64,000 nucleotides of DNA from Collinsella sp. GTDB lineage: Bacteria; Actinomycetota; Coriobacteriia; Coriobacteriales; Coriobacteriaceae. Under the pieces are notes generated by a model. That model ran no database searches. It worked only from the letters and a program-made list of their open reading frames with translations, and was not told the origin of the DNA. The stretch spans positions 1,056 through 65,055 of the forward strand of contig JAXJJM010000011.1 of assembly GCA_036298225.1 (NCBI GenBank). Reading direction: 5' to 3'. Position numbers and translations under genes: made by a program. How positions within the stretch are numbered: position 1 is the stretch's first letter; every line of letters begins with the position of its first letter. This document shows positions 19,562-29,643 of the stretch, piece after piece.

Positions 19562-20575
19562 CTATCCCCTAAATTCAAAGGTACTCAGGCCAAACGTCAG
19601 CAGATCGCCGTTGCGCAGCGGGCAGCGCGTAATGCGGCGGTTGTTGACGAGCGTGCCGTTGGTGGAATTGAGGTCCTCGATCGACCAATCCGAGCCCGTA
19701 AAGGTGAGCTGGGCGTGGCGGCGCGACACGTTGGGGTCGCGCAGGGCAATGTCGGAAACTGAGCGCTCGCGACCGATGGTCACCTGTGCGGAGGTGATGC
19801 TATGGCTCTCGCCGCTCACGACGTCGACGAGCTGGGCGAGCGGGCGCTGCGGGGCGCGAGTGCTCGCCATGTTGGAGGCGATGCCGGCTGCGGCGCCTAG
19901 GCCCACGGCGGCACCGGTCGCGGCGGCTCCGCCCATGCCGGCAAGCGAGTCGCGCGAGACGGTCTGCGGCACCGGGATGGGTGCGGCGGCGGGGTCGGGG
20001 ACGCTAGGCGCGAAGGGGTCTGCCACGGCAAGCGGGTCGGGAGCGGCGGCGCGAGGCGTCGGCTGCTGCTGGGGCATGGCGGCGGGGCGCTGCTGCTGCG
20101 GGGCAGCAAACTGCTGCTGGCCGGCGCGCGGGGCGCTGGCGGCACGGCTTGCCGCGGAGTTGTTCTGGCCCAGGCCGTTTTGATAGGCGCGCTCTTCTTC
20201 GTACAGGCGGCCGAGCGTGGGGGCATCGACGTTCTCGGCAAAGACCGAGAACTTGCCGGCGCGCAGCTGCGGATCGATCATAAAGCGCACGAGGGGCTCG
20301 CCGACAAAGACATAGCGGCGCTTTTCGGCCTGCGCCTTCACAAACTCGCGGACCTCGCGCGAAAGCTCGGGGTAGAACGGGGCGAGCATGGGATCGTCGT
20401 CGGCGGCGATAAGGATGGTATAGAGTGCCGGCGCCGTGTTGACGCCGTTAATCACCAGAGTCTGATCCTCCATGTCGCGAGCGGCCTGCTTAGCAAGCTT
20501 CTTAAAGGAGAACGGGGCACGGGTGGCACCGAAGATGCCGGCCACGTGGTCCTCGAAGATGTTCAGGAAGTTCAC
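19562..20575 (-). CDS. fhaA: FhaA-like protein (DUF3662-like N-terminus, linker, FHA)
   Basis: IGRE...VSRRHA...DLNSTNGT; Pro/Ala/Gln linker. Confidence 0.85.
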   Translation of the reverse strand: MNFLNIFEDHVAGIFGATRAPFSFKKLAKQAARDMEDQTLVINGVNTAPALYTILIAADDDPMLAPFYPELSREVREFVKAQAEKRRYVFVGEPLVRFMIDPQLRAGKFSVFAENVDAPTLGRLYEEERAYQNGLGQNNSAASRAASAPRAGQQQFAAPQQQRPAAMPQQQPTPRAAAPDPLAVADPFAPSVPDPAAAPIPVPQTVSRDSLAGMGGAAATGAAVGLGAAAGIASNMASTRAPQRPLAQLVDVVSGESHSITSAQVTIGRERSVSDIALRDPNVSRRHAQLTFTGSDWSIEDLNSTNGTLVNNRRITRCPLRNGDLLTFGLSTFEFRG

Positions 20576-22425
20576 GAAAGATCACTCTCCGTATAGGTTT
20601 TTTGGTATCCGAGCAAATATAGGCATATCCCAACGATTATAGAGGATAGGATTCCCGCAACCGCCGCCTTGGCGATGACCGCGGCTGCAAGGCTGGCAAT
20701 TTCCATATGGTGTGCAAGACAGGACGCCGCTGCGCAGCCGATGCCGGTGACAGCGATGGCGGCGATTGCGGCAAGGTTTGAGCCCTGATTGGCACGCTTG
20801 GCATGGACATTGAGCAGCGCAGATGACGCCGCGGCAGTTGCCGCGACCAGCACAAAGGCAGCCCAAAGGAGCGGGTCTCCCAGCGCTGCGGCAACGTTAC
20901 CGAGCCCCAGCACGCCTCCGGCTGAAAGCGCGACCGTGGCCAGACGGGCAAAAAGCGCGCCCATGCCCGTTGCCGCGGCGGCGCTTGCCGGGCCGAGCCA
21001 AAATGACGCGACGCCGGCGGCGACCCCAGCTGCCAGGAAGGTATTGCCGGTCAGACAGCCAAGCGCGAGTGCACAGGTGAGCGTGGCGCTCGCGGCAGTC
21101 TCGGTGCGACCCCAGGCGATCCACCAACCGGACATGGCGGCGGCAAAGATCACCGCGACGGGCAGCATCGACAGGATGCCCTGTGCCTGCATGGTGGCGT
21201 TGGCCATGAGCACCAAAAAGCCCACAGCCGAGATGGCCGAGCCAATCTGGGGGGCCAGGCCAGCCGCCGCTCCGATCGCGATAGCCGCAATGACCAGGCC
21301 GGGAAGCGCCGCGACCCCGGCCGTTTGCATCAGCAAAAAGCTAAAGGTGCCGCACGTTAGCGCCGAGATAGTGCGCATGGTGTAGTCGCGCGCATGGCTC
21401 CAGCGCGTGCCCGCCCAGCCGAGTGCGGGGTCGACCTCGATGGCGTCGTCCTCGTAGTGCGACGGCTCGATATCGTCGAGCTCCTGCTCGTCATCCGAAA
21501 GCTCGCCAACCATTTGCTCCAGGCTGCGACGGCCTTCGCGCACGCTGCCCAGACCGGCAAGGAGCTGGTCGCAAAATGCCTCGATGCTGTTGGGGCGGTC
21601 CTGCGGCATGGGGGAGAGCGCGCTCATGAGCGCGCTCTCGGCTCCCGGGGGAAAGTGTGGTATCAGCTCGCTGGGATAGGTGGCGCCGCCGATGATGTGG
21701 CCGAGCGAGTCGGCGGGCGTGGCCGCCATAAAGGGGGCGCTGCCACACAGGCCCTCGTAGATCACACAGGCAAGGGCAAAGACATCAGCGCGTTCGTCGA
21801 CCGTGCCGGTCTCGATATCGAGCTGCTCGGGCGGCATGTAGCCGATGGTGCCGCCGCGCGAACCGCCAAAGCCACCGGCGGACGACAGTCGCGCCATGCC
21901 AAAGTCGGTGAGCTTTACATTGCCCGAGTGGTCGATGAGCACGTTGGCGGGCTTAATGTCCAGGTGGAGTACGCCATTACTATGGGCGAAGGTGAGCGCC
22001 TGGCCCAGGGCATCGGCAATAGCTGCGGCCTCGTCAAAGGTGAGCGAGTGGCCGTCCACGCGATGCAAAAACTCGGCCAACGACATGCCGTCGACATACT
22101 CCATGACCAGGTAGGCATAGGCGGTGTCGTGCGTAAAGTCGATAACCTGCACGATATTGGGGTGTTGAAGCATGGCGGCGGTATGCGCCTCGCGCAGCAC
22201 GTCCATGATGTCGCTGGCGGGCATGCCGGCGCCGTTGATAAGGGGGATGCGCTTAATGGCCACGCGACGGCGCAGATGCGTGTCGCGGCAAATCTCGATG
22301 GAGCCAAAACCGCCGGTCGCAAGCGTCTCGAGCGGCTGGTACCGCTTGAGCAGCTCGCGAGAGCTAGTGCCCTCCAAGGGAACGTCCGGCGAGAACCGGG
22401 CGGTATGTTGCGAGAAAAGCGGCAT
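20572..22425 (-). CDS. Ser/Thr protein kinase with multi-TM C-terminal domain
   Basis: ATGGFG, VAIK, HLDIKPAN, DFGMA, MPPEQ; hydrophobic C-terminal ~260 aa. Confidence 0.88.
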   Translation of the reverse strand: MPLFSQHTARFSPDVPLEGTSSRELLKRYQPLETLATGGFGSIEICRDTHLRRRVAIKRIPLINGAGMPASDIMDVLREAHTAAMLQHPNIVQVIDFTHDTAYAYLVMEYVDGMSLAEFLHRVDGHSLTFDEAAAIADALGQALTFAHSNGVLHLDIKPANVLIDHSGNVKLTDFGMARLSSAGGFGGSRGGTIGYMPPEQLDIETGTVDERADVFALACVIYEGLCGSAPFMAATPADSLGHIIGGATYPSELIPHFPPGAESALMSALSPMPQDRPNSIEAFCDQLLAGLGSVREGRRSLEQMVGELSDDEQELDDIEPSHYEDDAIEVDPALGWAGTRWSHARDYTMRTISALTCGTFSFLLMQTAGVAALPGLVIAAIAIGAAAGLAPQIGSAISAVGFLVLMANATMQAQGILSMLPVAVIFAAAMSGWWIAWGRTETAASATLTCALALGCLTGNTFLAAGVAAGVASFWLGPASAAAATGMGALFARLATVALSAGGVLGLGNVAAALGDPLLWAAFVLVAATAAASSALLNVHAKRANQGSNLAAIAAIAVTGIGCAAASCLAHHMEIASLAAAVIAKAAVAGILSSIIVGICLYLLGYQKTYTESDLS

Positions 22426-22866
22426 GGCCAACCCTCGTGCGTTTAAAGTTCGTTTGCGAGCGGCGGGCGCGGGGCCGAGCCGTTCGCGGTGGCATAGATG
22501 CTGCTAGTGTAGCACGCTCAGGCGGATGGCGAGGATGGCGGGATGCGAGGCTGCCTGTCTGGCTTGGCCTTCGTCTCGACCCATCCGGAAAGCGCGCCCC
22601 AGTTTGCGGCCAAATACTGGGACACGCTTTCCGAATGGGGTGTGCTGCGGAAACTGCGTCCCAGAATATTGACTCAGAACGGGATACAGTTTCCAGATCG
22701 ACGCTCAAAAGGAAACCGCATCCCGCTTTGATGCGGGGACTGCGGACAAAAGCTGAACCGTGATCTGGCTCGGATTGGAGTTCGCCTGAATCGTTGATGC
22801 TGGCTGGTGTGGGCGTGGAGATAAACGAGCAGCCCGAGCGATATAATGACACGCTATGGAGGTCAT

Positions 22867-25008
22867 ATGCTCTTTTCCCGCTGTTCTGCCACATCTGCTT
22901 TCGCCATTGCGCTCGTCGTAATGGCGGTTACCCCTTATCACCGGTTTTCATCTTCAATCGGCTTGGCATCAGGTGCAATGACCTGGCTCGTTATCCTTGG
23001 CGCATGCCTCGCGGCGTTTGGTCATGGTGTTGCGCTCCGCAAGGGGAGAGAAATAAGACGGCCGGGTCGCCTTGGCGTCTTCGGTGTTTTCCTTGCTGCT
23101 ATTGCGGTGGTTCCCGAATGGGTCGACTTGGCCTTCTATGCTCGCGGAGATTCTATTCCAATCGTGTTTGCACCAATCTGGTTGTTGCATCGTGTTTCGT
23201 GTGCCTTGTGCTTCACTGGGTCGTTGCTCCTCTCATATGTAATTTGGGATACGGCGGGCTCTCCTTTGATACGGGGGGCGGCGCGGGACGGCGAAAGGGG
23301 GACCCGCCGATCGCAGAGCACGCTTTTTGCAGAAACAATAGTTGTCCTGTCTTGCCTGCTGTTTTGCTGTCGAATTTCATGGAGAGTCGTTCCCGAGCCA
23401 TGGGGGATGCCCTCTGTAACGGCCGCATCAATTGGCCTCGTGCTTTTAATTCCGCTGGTCTATCTCGTATTGGCTGCGGTCCCGCTGCTTTGCTGTCCCC
23501 GCGCCTTTGGTCGGGGGCAGGGCGACGTGTTTGCCCGTTCTGTGCTTGTAGCAGTTCCCATTGGCCTTGTTCCGGCTGTCGAGGTGGCATACTTTGCAAG
23601 CGATGCCGCAGTCATTGCATCACTGTCGATGGGGTCCGCTATTGCTGTTGCCGCCTTCGTATGCACATTGCTAAGGGAGAAACGGGACAACAATTCGGAT
23701 ACCCCTCGCACGTCCGACCCATTCGATGCGGGGGTGTTTTCCCCTGCCCTGTCGCCTCGAGAAGAGCAGTTTGTTCGACTGCTGCTCAAAGGGAAAACGC
23801 CGGCGGAAATTGCCAGGGAGACGGGTACGAAGCCATCGACGGTGCGAACAACGCTTCACCGAGCATACGGGAAGGCATCGGTTGCGGGCTCACGCGAGCT
23901 CGTGGCATTGTTTGCGGGTGAGGGTGATGCTACAGGGCCTGGTCTGCTGCAGCGGCATGCTGGTGATATGTTGACATCAGTTCGGACGCGCCGGCTGTTT
24001 CGATACCTGCTCACAACATTTTTTATCCTCCTTGCGGCGGGCCCCTTGGTAATGGCGGATAGCGATTGGGGATCCGGTGTTTCGCGGGCAGTCGCCTTTT
24101 CTCTCGCAAGCTATGCATTGGGTCTCGGACTGCTTCTGTCGCTGCACTACGCGGGTGAAAAACTGAATCGTGAAGTTGCGCTGACTAGAACGGATGGGGC
24201 GATTGGGCTCGGAAGCCCGTGCGTATGGGCGGTGCTGTCTGCCGTGGAATGGTCTTTTGTCTATATCGCGGCATGGAGGTGTATATGCGATCCGTTGATG
24301 GCTGCGCCGGTCCTGCTGTGCGGCGTGGCATCTACGGTCTCGCTCGCTGTTGGGCTGCGTCCGTTTAAGGTGCATGCCCGTGTCCGGGCTATCGTGCCGT
24401 TGGTGTCAATAGGTGCGGCTACTTTAATCCATGCGGCCACTAGGGGGCGAATCCATGGGTTCGCGGTGCTGACGGGGATGTTGCTCACATACATAGTGCT
24501 GCGTAGCTGTCCGCAGCGCAAAATGCTTGGGATATGGATGCTTTGCTTTGGGGCGGCGGCTCCTGTCTGGGTTGTCTTGCTCAACATGGTGCAGGATCTG
24601 ACGGTTTTCGAGCCTCTGTTCCTTGCGTCGTTGCTGGGGCAAAGTTCGGCCGTCAATGTCGTCGTGGCAACGGTGATTGTTTGCTGGTCTGTGCCCATGC
24701 TCGTTACGCACATCGTGCTCGTACGCTCGGTTGAGGACGAGAAGGCCGTCTTGAAGTACCGTGCGAACGGGTCCACCGAAGCAGCTCACGTGCGCCGGCT
24801 GGCTCTGCTTACGTCGCGCGCCCTGTCCGATGTTCAGGCCCGAATATTGTTGATGACGGCAGAGGGCACAACGACAAAGACCATTGCGCAGGATGTCGGT
24901 TACGCTGCATCTACGGTGCAAGCGCTGCGATCCGCGTCCTATCGCCAGTTGAAGATCAAGAACAAAGCAGAGCTTATTTCATTGTTATCGCAGGTAGATA
25001 ACGTGTAA
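22867..25008 (+). CDS. Membrane-embedded LuxR-type regulator with two HTH domains
   Basis: LSPREEQ...GKTPAEIA...STVRTTLHRAYGK and LSDVQARI...TTKTIA...STVQALRSASYRQLKI, each after a block of TM helices; RBS GGAGG. Confidence 0.78.
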   Translation: MLFSRCSATSAFAIALVVMAVTPYHRFSSSIGLASGAMTWLVILGACLAAFGHGVALRKGREIRRPGRLGVFGVFLAAIAVVPEWVDLAFYARGDSIPIVFAPIWLLHRVSCALCFTGSLLLSYVIWDTAGSPLIRGAARDGERGTRRSQSTLFAETIVVLSCLLFCCRISWRVVPEPWGMPSVTAASIGLVLLIPLVYLVLAAVPLLCCPRAFGRGQGDVFARSVLVAVPIGLVPAVEVAYFASDAAVIASLSMGSAIAVAAFVCTLLREKRDNNSDTPRTSDPFDAGVFSPALSPREEQFVRLLLKGKTPAEIARETGTKPSTVRTTLHRAYGKASVAGSRELVALFAGEGDATGPGLLQRHAGDMLTSVRTRRLFRYLLTTFFILLAAGPLVMADSDWGSGVSRAVAFSLASYALGLGLLLSLHYAGEKLNREVALTRTDGAIGLGSPCVWAVLSAVEWSFVYIAAWRCICDPLMAAPVLLCGVASTVSLAVGLRPFKVHARVRAIVPLVSIGAATLIHAATRGRIHGFAVLTGMLLTYIVLRSCPQRKMLGIWMLCFGAAAPVWVVLLNMVQDLTVFEPLFLASLLGQSSAVNVVVATVIVCWSVPMLVTHIVLVRSVEDEKAVLKYRANGSTEAAHVRRLALLTSRALSDVQARILLMTAEGTTTKTIAQDVGYAASTVQALRSASYRQLKIKNKAELISLLSQVDNV

Positions 25009-25117
25009 ACGCCTGGATTATCAACTCAATAGCGAGTGTTTACAGACATCTTTCTCCATTCATGCAAAGGTTGCTGTGCGTCGACGCATTGTTAGCCGCT
25101 TTTGATTGGAGAAGGCC

Positions 25118-25630
25118 ATGATTAAGCCAAGGAGCGCTATTACTCGAATCGGAGTCGGGTTGGCGATTGCTGCGGGTCTGTCCCTAGGGGTTCCCGCTGC
25201 ATCGTTCGCGCAAGAGGAGTTTGACACCTCTCAGGTTTCTAGCATTACTCAAAACGCCGATACGGGAATTACGACCTGTACGAACAATGCCGATAGGGCA
25301 TTTAGTTTTCAATGTGCCGGGACGAGTGCAACTGGCTACCGTCAAAAGGATGATTCCTCATCGCTCTATCTGGATATCCAAGGTTATACGGGAAATCCGC
25401 TTCGGTTATATACAGACGGTGCGTATAACACAAGCGGTAGCGGCAGCATGAATTGTACTCAGGGAACGTATCGTTCGAATCACAAGGGACAGTGGGAAAT
25501 GTATAACCTCGTCCGTGAGAACGGGCGATCTGCGGCGCGACTGACTGCATGGGCGGAGTCTGGCTACGGCACTGTTATTGGTGTATGGAGCCCCGACTGC
25601 GTCGGGCATTTCCGCAAGCTTCCCGCATAG
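25118..25630 (+). CDS. Secreted protein (DUF2712-like)
   Basis: Signal peptide ending ASFA; RQKDDSSSLY and C-terminal GVWSPD resemble DUF2712 as I recall it. Confidence 0.6.
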   Translation: MIKPRSAITRIGVGLAIAAGLSLGVPAASFAQEEFDTSQVSSITQNADTGITTCTNNADRAFSFQCAGTSATGYRQKDDSSSLYLDIQGYTGNPLRLYTDGAYNTSGSGSMNCTQGTYRSNHKGQWEMYNLVRENGRSAARLTAWAESGYGTVIGVWSPDCVGHFRKLPA

Positions 25631-25684
25631 TTGTTTGAATTGGCTCCCTTCCGGCTTTCTGGGTCGGAAGGGGGAGGAGGACGT

Positions 25685-26566
25685 ATGAACCAAAGGCTCG
25701 TAAGATATGAGCTGTCGAAAACGATAAGACGCCCAGCTTTTATCTTTGCTCTCTTGATTGCAGTCGCAGTTGCAATAGCTGCTGCGCTGGAGCCGTGGGC
25801 AAATTTGGAAAAAGAACGTCACAACCTTCTTTCTTTTGGTTACGGCGTTGGCATGCAAGCCAAAAACTATCTCGGTCAAACACGTGAAAGCAGCTTCGGT
25901 AACTGGATTGTTGTGAGCGCGAACGCGCCACTGTCTGCGTCGGTGTTTTTCTATGCACTGCCCCTGCTTGCAATGTTGGCCGGATCTTGGTCGTGCCTCT
26001 TTGAGCGTTTGAGTGGTTATGACATGCAGATATGCACGCGCGTTTCCAGAAAGGCATACGTGAACGTAAAGGTGCTGTCTGCTTTCCTCTCCGCGTTTAC
26101 AGTGACTGCCATTCCTCTGCTCGTCAATTTCCTGATTGTCTCGATGCTTTTTCCTGCGTATCTTCCTCGGGTCGATGAGTCGACCTACGTAGGGCTTTAC
26201 CTACATAGCTATTTCTCCGGTCTATTTTATTCACATCCTTTGTTATATGTGCTTGCATACACGCTGTTCGATGCGGTCACGCTCGGGACTTTATCCATGG
26301 CTGTAACTGGCTTCTCAATTTTGTTTCGTAGCAGAATCAAAGCGATAATTGTCCCGTATCTGCTAATGGTTGCGTGGCATTTTGCAAATGGCTGGATCTT
26401 CGGCGTAATGGCTTGTGTGGGGTTTAACTGCAATATCTTCAACAGCATCAGGTCGGAATCGCTGAATAACTGGCCAGACATTCGAGCCGGTTTTGCGGAA
26501 ATCATATTATTGACCCTTGCTTCGTTGGCTTTTTCTGGGGCGTGGAAAAGGCGGGAGATGGTCTGA
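25685..26566 (+). CDS. ABC-2-type permease-like membrane protein
   Basis: RYELSKTIRR start, ~6 TM, ERLSGY...TRVSRKAY loop; RBS GGAGGAGG. Confidence 0.65.
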   Translation: MNQRLVRYELSKTIRRPAFIFALLIAVAVAIAAALEPWANLEKERHNLLSFGYGVGMQAKNYLGQTRESSFGNWIVVSANAPLSASVFFYALPLLAMLAGSWSCLFERLSGYDMQICTRVSRKAYVNVKVLSAFLSAFTVTAIPLLVNFLIVSMLFPAYLPRVDESTYVGLYLHSYFSGLFYSHPLLYVLAYTLFDAVTLGTLSMAVTGFSILFRSRIKAIIVPYLLMVAWHFANGWIFGVMACVGFNCNIFNSIRSESLNNWPDIRAGFAEIILLTLASLAFSGAWKRREMV

Positions 26567-27402
26567 TGCTGTTTAGGCTGGTCGCCGCGGACCTGAGGAC
26601 CGTTTTGAAGAAGAACATCATTACCTTTATTGCGATTGCGGCAGTGACCGTTGCGAACCTGGTGTACGCCTACGGTTTGTCTTCTGTGTATGGGGTCAGG
26701 ACGGATGCCTTGGGGTTTGCGGACAATCTTGCGCTCGTGTTTGCCGGATCTGCTCCGTTTGAGCCTAGGCCCGGGGTCATGTTTGTGCCTCCGCTAGGAT
26801 GGCTATTTCTCATTCTGCTTATTCTCTATACAACACTCGATTATCCCGCCGAATCGTTGCACGGGTTTGGTTTGCAAACGCTTGTCCGATGCCGGGCGAG
26901 AACCCTTTGGTGGGTCTCGCGTTTTATCTCAGTGGCGGCGATAACAGCATTTTCGCTGCTCGTGGTGGTTTGCTCTGTTGTGATTTGGAGCTTGATGGTG
27001 AGTGCCTCGTTCAGCGCGGTCATCCATGGCGAGTCGCTTCAGCTGGCTAATTTGGCGCCGTGGTTTCTCAAGGCGAGCGAAGCAGGTGCACTGCCGTTTT
27101 TCGCAGGTCTCTTTCTTGCTTTTGAGGCGCTTGCGTTTGTGCAGGCAACGGTTGGGTTTGTGCTTGGGCCGTCAGTTTCATTTGCGGTTGTAATGAGCTA
27201 CCTGATCTGTTCGGCATATGCGCGGCATTGGGCGCTACTGGGAAATGCCTTGATGCTGTTGCGCTGGGGTGGAATCGTCAAAGAAGGAATTGCGACGGGC
27301 TCGAGTGGCTTGTTTTCAATTGTGATTATGTCGTTATGCCTATCGTTGGGTGGACTGTGGTTTCGAAGGGCCGACCTTATCGAAAAGAGGGACAAGATAT
27401 GA
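26566..27402 (+). CDS. ABC-2-type permease-like membrane protein
   Basis: TGATG coupling; multi-TM; LVRCRARTLWW loop; ends FRRADL. Confidence 0.65.
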   Translation: MLFRLVAADLRTVLKKNIITFIAIAAVTVANLVYAYGLSSVYGVRTDALGFADNLALVFAGSAPFEPRPGVMFVPPLGWLFLILLILYTTLDYPAESLHGFGLQTLVRCRARTLWWVSRFISVAAITAFSLLVVVCSVVIWSLMVSASFSAVIHGESLQLANLAPWFLKASEAGALPFFAGLFLAFEALAFVQATVGFVLGPSVSFAVVMSYLICSAYARHWALLGNALMLLRWGGIVKEGIATGSSGLFSIVIMSLCLSLGGLWFRRADLIEKRDKI

Positions 27403-28043
27403 GTGTGATCGTTAGGGACGTATCGAAGCGCATGGGCAAAAACGATGTCCTGCGCAACGTGTCTATCGAGGTTGACCCTGGGACTGTGGTCGGGCTTCAG
27501 GGGATAAACGGTTCGGGTAAGACCATGCTCATGCGAGCGGTCTGCGGATTGATTAGACCCACCGAGGGCGAGATTATTATCGATGGCCAAAGACTTGGGG
27601 CGGATATCTCGTTTCCGCCGAGTCTGGGGATGTTGATAGAGGCGCCTTCCTTTTTAGGATATCTGTCTGGTTACGACAATCTGGAGCTCATAGCTCAAAT
27701 CAATGGCGTTGCCACCCCCGAGGACATTCGCTCTGCCCTGCGGCTCGTGGGGCTCGATGCAGACGAAAAAAAGAAGTTTCGAGCATACTCGCTTGGGATG
27801 AAGCAGCGTCTGGGAATAGCTGCGGCAATTATGGAAAAGCCGAAGCTGCTTGTTCTCGATGAGCCAACGAATGCCCTCGACGAAGCGGGCGTGGAAATGC
27901 TCAAGCGCGTTGTGGCGATGGCGGCATCAACGGGTCGCGAGGTTCTTCTGTCTAGCCATGACGGAGAGGTGCTCGAGGAGCTAGCCGATCGTGTTTACTG
28001 CATGCGCGACGGTGCCGTTGTGAAAGTTCGGGAAAGGTCGTGA
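27399..28043 (+). CDS. ABC transporter ATP-binding protein
   Basis: GINGSGKT, YSLGMKQRL, VLDEPTNALD, SSH. Confidence 0.92.
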   Translation: MSVIVRDVSKRMGKNDVLRNVSIEVDPGTVVGLQGINGSGKTMLMRAVCGLIRPTEGEIIIDGQRLGADISFPPSLGMLIEAPSFLGYLSGYDNLELIAQINGVATPEDIRSALRLVGLDADEKKKFRAYSLGMKQRLGIAAAIMEKPKLLVLDEPTNALDEAGVEMLKRVVAMAASTGREVLLSSHDGEVLEELADRVYCMRDGAVVKVRERS

Positions 28044-28708
28044 GCGCGATGAAGGAGGCCCTGTTGACGAGACGGTCGATGCTCGCGCTTTTTGGCTGTG
28101 CTGTTACCGGCCTTGCGGGCATGAGGGTGAGCGTCGTTAACGGGAACCGGACAGTCATTCCTGAAAAATATTACGCGGAGGGCGAATGGCTCTCGATGGA
28201 TGGGGCGTTTCTGGGGTCGAAGGATGTGGCGACTGACGGGTATTCGTTTTGCATAGACGGGGCAGAGCTGCTCACGCCGCGCGAGTATCTCAAGCGTGCG
28301 CATGATGATTATTCAAAATATGGCATCGTAGATACGAAAACGAAATTGAAGGACGCCGACATCACGTGTGTTATCGCCGTAAAGATGCGTGTCAGGAATA
28401 AGGACAATGTCGAAGGCGGAATTAAAGCGTATGTTTGGCATTTGGTGCCGGAGTCTGCGCCAAACTATGACTTTGTGGTCAATACCGATCTGATAACGCA
28501 GGCAATGCCGGTGCTGGGCGGTTCTGCTGCGTTTGCTGTACAGGTTGGGGCGGAGAACGAGTTACTCGTCCCATTCATGATGCAAAACACCAACGACTAT
28601 TTCGAAGGTTACGAGACCGTCCGTTTTGAGAAAGCGTTTCCCGGGACCTATACGATGAAGATGACCGATCTGCCGGAGCGAAGGCTCTTCAGGTTTGAAG
28701 TGAAGTAA
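28040..28708 (+). CDS. Exported or membrane-anchored hypothetical protein
   Basis: GTGA coupling to the ATPase; N-terminal TRRSML plus hydrophobic stretch (Tat-like or anchor). Confidence 0.6.
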   Translation: MSAMKEALLTRRSMLALFGCAVTGLAGMRVSVVNGNRTVIPEKYYAEGEWLSMDGAFLGSKDVATDGYSFCIDGAELLTPREYLKRAHDDYSKYGIVDTKTKLKDADITCVIAVKMRVRNKDNVEGGIKAYVWHLVPESAPNYDFVVNTDLITQAMPVLGGSAAFAVQVGAENELLVPFMMQNTNDYFEGYETVRFEKAFPGTYTMKMTDLPERRLFRFEVK

Positions 28709-28811
28709 CTCGAGAGCTAGGCAAAATGGGTCCATCGGTGGCACTCGCGCTCGATCCCAGGCGCCCTGGCCCGGAATGACGCGGGGCGAGGCGTCTTCGG
28801 TGTCGGCTGGC

Positions 28812-29528
28812 CTACCGCTTCTTCTTGTTCTTCTTCTGCTTGCGCTGCTTGCCCTTGGTCTCCTGGGGCTTGTCGCCCTGCTTGGCCTCGGCGGCGGCCT
28901 TCTCGGCCTTCATTTTCTTCTTCTTGGTCTCGATGCGGAGTTTTTTGTTGATGCGGGCCTTGAGGAAGGGACCGAACTGCTCGGCATCGCCACGGACGAA
29001 GGTGTCCTTGGGGATCGTCACGCCCTGGTCGGCGAACATGGCCACAAAGATGCGCTCGCCGTCGAGTACGTGGTCGAGCTTGTCAAACGGGAAGAACTGC
29101 GACTTGCCGCTCTTGCCCCAAACCATCAGGCCGTCCTCGTTGGCGGCGACGCGGCGATAGCGGCCACCCATGGACTCGTCGGCCTCGACGGCGTCGATAA
29201 AGTCGCGGGCGAGCGTGTGGTGCAGGTTCTTGCTCCACCAGGCCAAAAAGGCGCCGAACACGATCAGCACGACGCCGAACTTGATCCAGCTGCCGCCGGC
29301 CACCAGCATGCCGATGCCGATGAGCGCGGCAATCGCGGCGGCGACGTACAGGGAGCCACGGCGCCTGGGCGAGGCGACCAGGCGCGCAAAGTCGGTGACG
29401 AGGTCGTTTTCGTACTGATACTCGTTGAGGTACAGGATGCCGTCGTCGGCTGCTGCCTGCGCCTCGAGCGCGACCTCGACCTGGTCGGCTGCTTCGGAGG
29501 GAACGAGGTTGCTCTCTGCGTCTGCCAT
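28812..29528 (-). CDS. YcxB-like membrane protein
   Basis: Two TMs; C-terminal GVTIPKDTF..GDAEQF motif; Lys-rich tail. Confidence 0.65.
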   Translation of the reverse strand: MADAESNLVPSEAADQVEVALEAQAAADDGILYLNEYQYENDLVTDFARLVASPRRRGSLYVAAAIAALIGIGMLVAGGSWIKFGVVLIVFGAFLAWWSKNLHHTLARDFIDAVEADESMGGRYRRVAANEDGLMVWGKSGKSQFFPFDKLDHVLDGERIFVAMFADQGVTIPKDTFVRGDAEQFGPFLKARINKKLRIETKKKKMKAEKAAAEAKQGDKPQETKGKQRKQKKNKKKR

Positions 29529-29643
29529 GCTCTTTGGACTCCTATCGCGGCGGGCTCGCCGTACGGGTTATTATGAATGCAGTATGCCGTGCGACCGCAT
29601 GGCCGTCGCGGCAACAAGTCTCAGTATACCCGGGGGAGCACCC

